From Candidatus Kaiserbacteria bacterium (GTDB taxonomy: Bacteria > Patescibacteriota > Minisyncoccia > Phycocordibacterales > UBA2100), in NCBI GenBank assembly GCA_963767115.1, contig CAVYCR010000003.1, positions 109,377 through 173,376 on the forward strand: a DNA stretch of 64,000 nucleotides. Direction: 5' to 3'. Shown piece after piece: positions 28,292 through 36,700 of the stretch; the stretch's first letter is position 1, and each line of letters opens with the position of its first letter. Position numbers and translations under genes: made by a program. The notes beneath the pieces were generated by a model. The model saw only the letters and a program-made list of their open reading frames with translations. It made no database searches and had not been told where the DNA came from.

Positions 28292-29284
28292 TCAAAGGAA
28301 GTCGATATCATCCAGATGCGTCGAGTATTTCTCAGGATAATTGAGAAAGGTGTCGACACATGGAAACACAATAACGATTTCGCCGTCGGTATTGCGACGC
28401 TGATCCCATTCGCTTCGGGTATTTTCGAGGTCCTCTTCAATACCTTCAAGCACCAAGCCACCACTCGGACCGGTAAGGATTCCATGCCGGACTAGCTTGA
28501 GACTCTTGCGATATGCATCCTTGGAGCTAATCTGGATGCAATCTTTTTTGTACTTTTCGACATCAAATTCGACATCGGCATCAATTCGCACGAGTGGCCG
28601 TGCGCCAGGTGTTTGATCTTCTTTAGGCACGACCATGCGCACGCGCACGTTTGCACCCTGACCCTGGAAGTATTTATCGGGACCTATAACATGACCACAC
28701 GTTCCACCGGCCGCATAATAGTCCGTAATCATGCCACCTGTTTGATGCCAAATCTGCGGGCCAAGCCATTTGACGTAGGTCTTCCAGTTGTCCGGATTAT
28801 GGTACTGACCAGGATTGAAACATCCCGGTTTCGAGCCTTCGAGATGAGCTTCCTCGGGTCCGCTTAAGTCGGACGAACCACTGAACTTATATCTGACACC
28901 GATCAGACGCAAGCCTTCAAGTTTCGCCGGCGCCATAGTTGGCGGGACGTAAGCGCGGAATTTCTCGATACCGAAAACGACATACGCAACAATTTTCATC
29001 GCGAATGCGCTACCTCCGGACGAATTTTCAATAATTTCTTCGACACCCTCAAGCCCTCCCCTAAGATACGCTTCGTAGAGCATATTGAACGCCATCGGCC
29101 ACTTGTCAGTGAGCAGGGGCGAGAGATATGCGAGTTTTACAAAGATTCTGATCTTGTCTTTGGTGAAGCGATTGAGCCTGTCATCAAGCTCAACCAGCGG
29201 GGTGGGCAGGTGATGCGCGGGGTTCAAGAAGTTCTTCATTCCATCCCGCCCTGCAAACACGTTCATGTGGAGCGTATCGCTCAT
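28292..29284 (-). CDS. PLP-dependent fold-type II enzyme (cysteine synthase / tryptophan synthase beta superfamily)
   Basis: The ribosome-binding site GAAAGGAAA precedes MSDTLHMNVF. LPTPLVELD and SSGGSAFAM resemble the TPLVRLN and TSGNTGIAL motifs of CysK, and a Gly-rich loop YAAGGTCGHVIG is present. Confidence 0.45.
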   Translation of the reverse strand: MSDTLHMNVFAGRDGMKNFLNPAHHLPTPLVELDDRLNRFTKDKIRIFVKLAYLSPLLTDKWPMAFNMLYEAYLRGGLEGVEEIIENSSGGSAFAMKIVAYVVFGIEKFRAYVPPTMAPAKLEGLRLIGVRYKFSGSSDLSGPEEAHLEGSKPGCFNPGQYHNPDNWKTYVKWLGPQIWHQTGGMITDYYAAGGTCGHVIGPDKYFQGQGANVRVRMVVPKEDQTPGARPLVRIDADVEFDVEKYKKDCIQISSKDAYRKSLKLVRHGILTGPSGGLVLEGIEEDLENTRSEWDQRRNTDGEIVIVFPCVDTFLNYPEKYSTHLDDIDFL

Positions 29285-29408
29285 GGTAGATTTCCTTTCT
29301 CTGTTGCCTTTCCGAAGAAAAGCATTTTCTCGCCCAAAGATCAAATATTGACAAAAAACTCGGATATGGCAATGATACTGCTTGGCCCTAAGAAAACAGG
29401 AGGTCAGG

Positions 29409-29588
29409 TTGGTAAAAATAGTCGATGGTGACGACAGGCACCGTGAACCGGAATACTACGGTCCGCAAGAGCGCGACTTCGACAATCGGCAGATCGGGCC
29501 CGGATGGATAGCGGTATCGATGATCCTGCTCGGCATGGCGCTCTTCGCGCTGATCAAATACTATCCCAGTTGGCCTATGCCTCACTAG
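29409..29588 (+). CDS. small membrane protein (about 59 aa, TTG start after AGGAGG)
   Basis: AGGAGG precedes TTG 29409. The C-terminal transmembrane helix is WIAVSMILLGMALFALI. Confidence 0.25.
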   Translation: MVKIVDGDDRHREPEYYGPQERDFDNRQIGPGWIAVSMILLGMALFALIKYYPSWPMPH

Positions 29589-29648
29589 ACTTGGCACTGG
29601 CCTACAGTTCACCCTCGCGACCCGCTCACAAGCGGGTCGTTTCTTTTT

Positions 29649-31482
29649 TTATGACGTACGCTTGCCATGCAGAAGCAGGTCGAGTGCCTGCTGCATGGAG
29701 CCGGCACGAGTGACTTCCCCGCCGTTGACGAAGAAGATCTCGTCGGCGTTCTCGATCGTGTTGAGGCGGTGCGCGATGATGACCTTAGTCGTCGACTTCG
29801 GCAACTTTTCCAATATCTCCTCTAGGAGCTGCTCGGTGACTGTGTCGATGTTGGCAGTCGCCTCGTCGAGGATGAGAAGCTCCGGCTCTCTCATGACTGC
29901 GCGGATGAAAGCGATGAGCTGCTTCTGGCCGAGGCTGATCGCGTCTGCTCCCACCGCGACCTTCGTATCAAGCCCTTCGTCGAAGCGCTTCATCAGGCCG
30001 TCGAGCCCTTTGCGCTTAAGTTCCTCAACAATCTGATTGTTGATCGAGCCTGCGACAATCTGATTGTTGTCAGAGCGGAAGCGCTCGTTGCCGTAGACGA
30101 TGTTGTCGCGGATCGTGCCGCTGAAGAGAAACGGTTCTTGCAGGATGAAACCAATCACGCCTGCCTTCTCCTCGCTCGTGAAGCTGCGAATGTCGCGGCC
30201 ATTGAGAAGCACGCTGCCTTCAGTAGGGTCATAGAGGCGCGCCATGAGGGATGCGGTCGTGGTCTTGCCGCCGCCGGTCGGTCCCACGAGCGCGTAGGTC
30301 TTCCCCTTCTCGAGACCGAAGGAGACGTGCTTGAGGACGTCGGGTCCTTCGCTGTAGCGGAACGATACATCCTTAAACTCAAGAATACGCGTACCTAGCT
30401 CAGTGGAATTATTTGCGACAATCTGATTGTCCCGCCCTGGTGCGACAATCAGATTGTCGCAGATGGGCATGTCACTCTTGAGCGAAAGCACTTCCGAGAT
30501 GCGGTCGAGGCCGGCAAGCGCGAGCTGCAGCGACGACCACACGGAGGCGAGCTGGCGCAAGCGGGTTGTAGAAGTTGTTGACGTAGAGCAAGAAGCCCAC
30601 GAGCAGTCCCACCGTGAAGTTGCCCGTCGAGATGAGATAGATGCCGTAGGCAAGGACGATGAGCTGGCCGAGGTTGTACGCGAGGCCGTAGAGCGGCGTG
30701 AAAATACCGCTCGCGATCCCGGCACTCACGTTGGCGGAGAAGTTCGCGGCGTTTTTCTCGTGGAACTTGTCGCGGAAATAATCAAGGCGGTTGAAGGCCA
30801 CAATGACCTTGAAGTTGTTGATGCTCTCTTGGATCTCGCCGCTCATGGCACCGAGGCTTTGCAAGCTCGTGAAGCTCGTGCGCTTGACCCATGGCGAGAT
30901 GATCTGCGTGATTATAAGTACGAGCAGCGCGGGCACGAGCGCGGCGGCACCGAGCTTGATGTTGAGGACGAGGAGGAATACCCCGGCCCCGACGATGATG
31001 AAGAAATTGCCGACGAACTGCATGAGTGCCTGCGCGAAGAATTGGTTGAGCTTGTCGGTGTCGTTGTTGATGCGCGAAATGATGTCGCCGGCCTTGTTTT
31101 GGTTGAAGAATGCGACAGGCAGCTCCTGGAGCTTGTTGAAGATGTCGTTGCGTAGGTCGAAAAGCACGCGGCGGCCGATCGACCCCATCGTGATGGTCTG
31201 GAGGTAGTTGCTGCCGACGCCGATGAGATAGACGACGAGCAGGATTCCCGACCATTCGAAGAGTCCTGAGAGGTCGCGCGTGTCGATATACGCATCGATG
31301 ATGTGCGCGATGATGATCGGTGAGAGCAGAGTCGAGAGCGCGTTGAAAAGTATTGCGAAAAGCGCGATGACGATCGGCCTGCGTTCTTTGCCAAGAAGCG
31401 GCAGGAGCTTCTGCACGCCGCCGAAGAAGCTTCCCTTCTCCCCTGTGTCATCCATGGTTGCAAGTTTGTAGTTGGTGTTCAT
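29649..31482 (-). CDS. ABC exporter permease/ATPase fusion (MsbA-like half transporter B), interrupted by a +1 frameshift near 30553-30562
   Basis: The TMD ORF (30472..31482) reads ...YVNNFYNPL then out-of-frame junk. The NBD ORF (29649..30725) has Walker A GPTGGGKTT, signature LSLGQKQ and Walker B LLILDEAT. Removing one base in cttgcgcc gives ...NPLRQLASVWSSLQLALAGLDRISEVL..., the canonical TMD-NBD linker. Confidence 0.8.
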
Positions 31483-33221
31483 ACGCGTTCGTAGCTTTCG
31501 GTGCTTTTCTGAGAATTGTAAATCTGCACGTATTCCGGTGACTCTTTGAGCAGTTCTTGGTGCGTACCTTTCGCGAGCACCTCGCCCTCCATCAGAAGCA
31601 CGATCTGATCGTATCCTTCGACAGGTGCGATCTTCTGCGTGACAGAGATCAGCGTGAGATCAGGATAGTTCTTCGCGACATTACTGAGGATCTTGCCTTC
31701 AGTCGAAGTATCGACTCGCGCAGTAAAGTCGTCGAGCAAGAGGATCTTGGGGTCAAGCGCGAGCGCACGAGCGAGCATCACGCGCTGTTTCTGGCCGCCC
31801 GAGAGGCTCGTGCCGCGTTCAGAGACGATTTCGTCCAAGCCCTTCGGAAGCTTCGCGATGAAGTCACCAAGCTCCGCAGTGTCGATTGCCTTCTTAAGGT
31901 CCTCGTCGCGCACCGTGTTGCTGAAGGCGATGTTCTCGCGCAAGCTGAGGTTGAACATGATGCTGTCTTGAAAGACAAAGCCGATCTGTCGATGAAGTGC
32001 TTGTTTCTTGTAGTGCGCGATAGGCACGCCGTCGTAGTCGATCTCGCCCTCACTGAGCTCAATGAGGCCCGTCATCGCGTAGAGTAGCTGCGTCTTGCCG
32101 GCCGCTGTCGGGCCGATAATCGCATTTTTGGTGCCGGGCTTGATCTCAAAGGAAACGGCTTTCAGCGCGGAGCGTTCACCATAACGGATCGAGACATCGC
32201 GCACCGAGATCGCACCCCTGAGTGTGGCTTCGACCGTGCCCACATCCTGCTCGACCGGTGCATCCAAGACTTCGGCGATACGCGCGAGAGACGCTTGTGC
32301 CTGTGCGATCGCATTGCTCATAAAACCGATGATAAGGATCGGGAAAACAAGGACCGCAAGGTAGCTGTTGAAGGCGGTAAAATCGCCGAGTGTCATGCTG
32401 CCGTGTATCACGAAAGTACCGCCGAGCGTCACGATGATGAGGGTTGCGAGATTGGTCGCGAAGGTAATGACCGGAATGAGACTCGCAAAGAGGCGCAGGA
32501 TACTCATGCCGATCGACCGCGACTCATTGTTGGCCGCGAGGAATTTCTCATACTCCGGCTGTTGCGAATTGAGAAGACGAATCAAGGCCGCGCCAAGTAT
32601 GCTCTCGTTGATGACTTTGTTGAGCCAATCTATCGCTTCTTGCGAACGACGGAAAAGTTTGCGCACACGTACCAGCACCAAGAAAAAGGTGATGCCGATC
32701 AAGGGCACCACCACTAACACTGCCAGCGCAAGCGGCCAGTTGATCCAAAGTAGAAGCAGGCTTGCCCCGACGATCAAGAATACCGACGAGATCAGGGACG
32801 CGATCGCCTGTGAGACGAAGGTCTTCACCGCATCAGTGTCAGAAGTAAGGTTGGTAAGGAGCTTCGAGGGCGTGACGTCTTCTATATAAGCATAATCGTG
32901 ATGCGAGACCTTGGCGATGAAACGGTCACGCAGGTCGCGCGCGACGCGCTCGGAAGCGTATGTCTGGGCGATGCTCTGCGCATAGGTGAGGATGAAAATA
33001 CCAGCGGACACAATGAAAAATTCAACTATCAGGCCCGAGAGTATGAAAGCAGGAGTTCCGTATGAGTCGATCGCCCGTGCGATCATCAAGGGTACAACCA
33101 GATTGAGTGCGTTTGCAAGAACAGTAGCGACAGCGAGACCCGCGACGAGCCACGCATACGGCCTGAGCACGCTCAAGAGCGTGATGGATGCTGCGGGCTT
33201 GTTGGTATGGGTATCAGGCAT
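31479..33221 (-). CDS. ABC exporter permease/ATPase fusion (half transporter A), intact
   Basis: A six-helix TMD is followed by Walker A GPTAAGKTQ, LSGGQKQRVMLARAL and LLLDDFTARVD. Its stop overlaps the start of partner B (ATGA). Confidence 0.85.
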   Translation of the reverse strand: MPDTHTNKPAASITLLSVLRPYAWLVAGLAVATVLANALNLVVPLMIARAIDSYGTPAFILSGLIVEFFIVSAGIFILTYAQSIAQTYASERVARDLRDRFIAKVSHHDYAYIEDVTPSKLLTNLTSDTDAVKTFVSQAIASLISSVFLIVGASLLLLWINWPLALAVLVVVPLIGITFFLVLVRVRKLFRRSQEAIDWLNKVINESILGAALIRLLNSQQPEYEKFLAANNESRSIGMSILRLFASLIPVITFATNLATLIIVTLGGTFVIHGSMTLGDFTAFNSYLAVLVFPILIIGFMSNAIAQAQASLARIAEVLDAPVEQDVGTVEATLRGAISVRDVSIRYGERSALKAVSFEIKPGTKNAIIGPTAAGKTQLLYAMTGLIELSEGEIDYDGVPIAHYKKQALHRQIGFVFQDSIMFNLSLRENIAFSNTVRDEDLKKAIDTAELGDFIAKLPKGLDEIVSERGTSLSGGQKQRVMLARALALDPKILLLDDFTARVDTSTEGKILSNVAKNYPDLTLISVTQKIAPVEGYDQIVLLMEGEVLAKGTHQELLKESPEYVQIYNSQKSTESYERV

Positions 33222-33302
33222 AGCGGAATGCGTAATCGTACTACGATGCGGCAGCGAAATATAGTGAAGTCCGACATCACTACATCATGCTATGGGCTGT
33301 AT

Positions 33303-33782
33303 CTAGATGACTTTGCCTTGGAGGAAGCGTGTGAATTCATCACGGCGATCTACTTGGTCCTCGGCGCGCATGTGCGAGATCGGATAGCACTCCGGCGTAA
33401 GCTCGTAATGGCCGCGCACTTCCCTGTCGACAAATACTCGCAGATGGTATTGGTACTCGAATCCGTCGACATAGCGCAGGCTTACGAGCTCCCCCTCATC
33501 CTTGAGAGCGAAGAGATGCCGTCCGAACCCTTGCTCCACGAGCTGCATGATGAATTCCTGCGTCGAAAGATCAGGCGTAATCGTGCCCAGGAGATAATTC
33601 TGACGGCCGCGATGACGCACGAGGCCGACTGAGACGAGCGCGTCGCGCAATATGGGATGGTACGGCGTATATGCTCTCCAAAAAAAGTATTTGGCTCGTT
33701 TAGCGAGCGTATCGGGAAAGACCATTCGCGACCGCGGCAGCGATTTGATCCAATATTTTATCTCCACCGGCGAGGGGTTCAT
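33303..33782 (-). CDS. hypothetical protein (true start probably MNPSPVEIKYW; listed N-terminus is read from the palindromic element)
   Basis: ORF 33303..33935 extends into the repeat at 33844-33957. An internal Met at about 33782 precedes protein-like sequence. Confidence 0.35.
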   Translation of the reverse strand: MNPSPVEIKYWIKSLPRSRMVFPDTLAKRAKYFFWRAYTPYHPILRDALVSVGLVRHRGRQNYLLGTITPDLSTQEFIMQLVEQGFGRHLFALKDEGELVSLRYVDGFEYQYHLRVFVDREVRGHYELTPECYPISHMRAEDQVDRRDEFTRFLQGKVI

Positions 33783-33843
33783 AGTGCCACGAGCTATGCC
33801 CCCTATCTTACCAGATATATCGATGAGCAAACAGTGGCTTTTG

Positions 33844-33957
33844 TGCGTATCCCAGATATAAGTATTTGGGGTCGCTATCTGGGACTGCTGTCCCAGCGCT
33901 CGGACTCGGCCCCGTCGGGCCTGCGTAGACCCCAAATACTTATATCTGGGATACGCA
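33844..33957. repeat. long perfect palindromic element, family A (inverted orientation): 30-bp stems (33844-33873 / 33928-33957), 54-nt loop
   Basis: Stem tgcgtatcccagatataagtatttggggtc has an exact reverse complement on the other side. The loop is the reverse complement of the 60777-60830 loop except for the inner mini-hairpin, which carries compensatory changes. Confidence 0.85.
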
Positions 33958-33965
33958 TCCGCTTT

Positions 33966-34466
33966 TTATTCACGAATGAACTGCACCTCGATCGCTGGCG
34001 TGGCACTACTTGTATCGATTTGTCCCGTTACCGTGACCAACTGCCCGGGCTCAAGGTCGGAAAGCGCAGCAGCACTGCCATCACCTGCGAAGACTTTGGT
34101 CGCACTCGTTATTTCACCATGCCAACTGAAGCTCTCAGCGCCCCACGAGCTTTCGATCGTCGCGCTCTCGCCCGATATCGCTTCGAGCGTCGCGTTTTGT
34201 AAGTACACGATGCCGTTGTTGCCGATCGTCATTTGATGCGTCACCATCGGGGCACTCGCAAGCATTGCATTTTCTCCGCTGGAGTCGGAGGAAAGTACCG
34301 GTGCAGCAGAAGCGTATACGACGTTCTCATATGAGAGATACACAAAGAGCGATGCCGCGACCAGCACGACTCCCGAAGCGCCCAAGGCAAGCGCGGCGCG
34401 CGACGGCCCATATGAGCGCGGGACGGCGACTGTGGAGACCGTAAGCTGTTGAATCGTCTGCAGCAT
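33966..34466 (-). CDS. membrane-anchored/secreted hypothetical protein
   Basis: A transmembrane/signal-anchor segment LALGASGVVLVAASLFVYL is followed by a Ser/Thr-rich domain. Confidence 0.4.
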   Translation of the reverse strand: MLQTIQQLTVSTVAVPRSYGPSRAALALGASGVVLVAASLFVYLSYENVVYASAAPVLSSDSSGENAMLASAPMVTHQMTIGNNGIVYLQNATLEAISGESATIESSWGAESFSWHGEITSATKVFAGDGSAAALSDLEPGQLVTVTGQIDTSSATPAIEVQFIRE

Positions 34467-34518
34467 TACGGCATATTCATACGAAGAGCGTTAAGAATTT
34501 GTGAACAGTAAATGTTTT

Positions 34519-34634
34519 GGCCGCACCCTTTCCGAATGCATTTCCGCGGTCGTTCTTTTCTTGCTAGAAAAGAACTCTGTTTCGCGCCGCCGCGCTGCAA
34601 AGACCCCGGAAATGCATTCGGAAAGGGTGCGGCC
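34519..34634. repeat. long perfect palindromic element, family B (inverted orientation): 28-bp stems (34519-34546 / 34607-34634), 60-nt loop
   Basis: ggccgcaccctttccgaatgcatttccg and its reverse complement flank a loop whose reverse complement (tttgcagcgcggcggcgcgaaacagag-ttcttttctagcaagaaaagaac) matches the 24891-24940 loop with compensatory mini-hairpin changes. It lies directly 3' of the uppS stop. Confidence 0.85.
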
Positions 34635-34636
34635 CG

Positions 34637-35320
34637 CTATTTACCGTGTCTGCGCGATCGTTGTGCAAATTCAGCAAGTACCTGATCTAAGTCTGCTTCA
34701 GAAAAGTCGGGCCAATAAGCGGGTATAAAAAAGAGTTCACTGTATGCCGCCTGCCAGAGCAGGAAGTTGGAGAGGCGGATCTCGCCGCCGGTGCGGATGA
34801 TGAGCTCGGGGTCGGGCATCTGCGCGCTCCACATATGCGCGCGCAACCTTTCTTCTGTAATTTCAATTCCCTTTGCGGAGAGTAGCTCAGCTGCATCTGT
34901 AATCTCTGCGCGACTTCCATACGAGAGGCAGACCCACGCAGTCATGTCAAAATCACCCCTGCGCTTGTCGTTCTCAGCGATAGCATCCTGAATCGGTTGC
35001 GGGAGCATCTCGAGCTTCCCTACGAAACGGACGCGGATACGCTCAGGCGCAAATCGTTTCGGTAGGTCTCGCGCTGCCTCCGCAAGCAAATCCATGAGAT
35101 AGCCGACTTCCGTCTCCGTACGTTTCCAATTCTCGGTCGAGAACGCATAGACCGCGAGATGCTTGACGCCTTTGTCTCTCGCCCAGAGTGCACACTCGAT
35201 CAGGCGCTCATATCCTGCTCGATGCCCTGCAAAAGAAGGCAGTCCCTTTTCCTTCGCCCAACGGCGATTGCCGTCGAGAATGATGCCGACACACTCAGGA
35301 GGGTTTGCTTTTTCTGACAT
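34637..35320 (-). CDS. uppS: undecaprenyl diphosphate synthase (cis-prenyltransferase)
   Basis: VGIILDGNRRWAKEKGLP...HLAVYAFSTENWKR... matches the UppS family. Confidence 0.85.
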   Translation of the reverse strand: MSEKANPPECVGIILDGNRRWAKEKGLPSFAGHRAGYERLIECALWARDKGVKHLAVYAFSTENWKRTETEVGYLMDLLAEAARDLPKRFAPERIRVRFVGKLEMLPQPIQDAIAENDKRRGDFDMTAWVCLSYGSRAEITDAAELLSAKGIEITEERLRAHMWSAQMPDPELIIRTGGEIRLSNFLLWQAAYSELFFIPAYWPDFSEADLDQVLAEFAQRSRRHGK

Positions 35321-35424
35321 TGGACCATGCTACTCGCACAGCTCATGCAGGTCAACGAAACTTCATCGAGAGTACAGAGAGCGCTGCGGTATACTGCATC
35401 GATATTCGTAACATCTTACCGATT

Positions 35425-36132
35425 ATGGAAATCAAAAATAAGGTTGCGATCGTGACAGGGGCCTCAGAAGGCATCGGCAAGGAAATCGCACGGCAGCTAC
35501 ACGCAGGCGGCGCCAAGGTCGTGCTTGCTGCACGCACACAAAAGACGCTCGCAGAGATCGAGAAGGAGTTGCCCGGAGCAGTAGGCATCCAGACCGACAT
35601 GCGCCGTCCTGAAGCGATTCAAAATCTCGTCGATAGCACAGTACAACAGTTCGGTCGTATCGATATCGTTATCAACAACGCCGGCCAGGGCATGTACATG
35701 CCAGTCGAAAAGATCGATATCGCGGCATATCAAGACATCATTGAGCTCAATATCATGGGTGTCTTGCGGATGATGCAGGCAGTGATACCGATCATGCGCA
35801 CACAAGGCGGCGGCATGATCGTCAACATAAGCTCGATGGTCTCCAAGAATTATTACCCTGGACTTGGTGCCTATGCGTCTACCAAATACGCCCTCAACGC
35901 GCTCTCTCTCACCGCACGCGCAGAGCTTGCCGATGAAAAGATCGTCGTCTCCGTCATGCATCCGCGCATGACAGCGACCCGTTTCGGCGAAAACGCGCTC
36001 GGTGAGAGTCCTTCATGGGATAGCGATACCTTCAAGGGTCGCCCGCGCCCCGAAGTTGATTCACCAGAAGACGTCGCCGCGCGCACGCTCGAGCTTATCG
36101 AGAGCGAGGAGGGTGAAGCGATGATGGGTTAA
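35425..36132 (+). CDS. short-chain dehydrogenase/reductase (SDR)
   Basis: The motif VAIVTGASEGIGKEIARQL (TGxxxGIG) is followed by the YxxxK region. The start is taken at MEIKNK (35425) to avoid overlap with uppS. Confidence 0.75.
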   Translation: MEIKNKVAIVTGASEGIGKEIARQLHAGGAKVVLAARTQKTLAEIEKELPGAVGIQTDMRRPEAIQNLVDSTVQQFGRIDIVINNAGQGMYMPVEKIDIAAYQDIIELNIMGVLRMMQAVIPIMRTQGGGMIVNISSMVSKNYYPGLGAYASTKYALNALSLTARAELADEKIVVSVMHPRMTATRFGENALGESPSWDSDTFKGRPRPEVDSPEDVAARTLELIESEEGEAMMG

Positions 36133-36160
36133 CCCTTACAAATATGATAGCCTCACCTCC

Positions 36161-36538
36161 ATGAACGAGCCTAGCATTAGCAGCGGACTCAGAATCCTTA
36201 TCGTTGACGACAACGAGCTGGCAGCGCATGGGCTACAAAAACTCCTCGGTTATCGCGGCCACTTCGTTGACCTCGCCTATGATGGCGAGGGTGCGCTGAA
36301 GGTCGCCGCCGAAGCGTCATATGATGTGATTGTGCTCGACATCGGGCTTCCCGACATGAACGGATACGAGGTCGCGCGCCGCCTGCGCGCGGGAGGTTCA
36401 CCCGCAACCCTTATTGCACTCACCGGCTACGGCCAAGACGAAGACAAGGCGCTCGCTTTCGAGTCTGGTTTCAATCATCATCTGACCAAACCCGTCGGTC
36501 TCGTCGACATCGAAGCAGTGCTGCCGCGACAAACCTAG
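36161..36538 (+). CDS. single-domain response regulator (receiver only)
   Basis: ILIVDDNELAAHGL...VIVLDIGLPDMNGYEV...LIALTGYG...KPV is a REC domain. Confidence 0.8.
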   Translation: MNEPSISSGLRILIVDDNELAAHGLQKLLGYRGHFVDLAYDGEGALKVAAEASYDVIVLDIGLPDMNGYEVARRLRAGGSPATLIALTGYGQDEDKALAFESGFNHHLTKPVGLVDIEAVLPRQT

Positions 36539-36700
36539 TTCCTCCGACGCCAGCGACCAATCCTATTGTGCCATCACTACAACAAGCTCAAGGAGTCTTT
36601 CGTTTCTTGAGCTCGATCTTCTAGACTATCCCCATAACACCTCAGTATTCGAATACGATTTCTGAATATGCTGATACAATACTCGTAATCGCATTCTTTC

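Noticed and set aside
36640-36685. Candidate promoter for the first giant gene (ttcgaa ... tgatacaat).
   Set aside because: The spacing between the best -35-like and -10-like hexamers is 21 nt (or 9 nt for an alternative), outside the sigma70 range. It is not reported as a feature.
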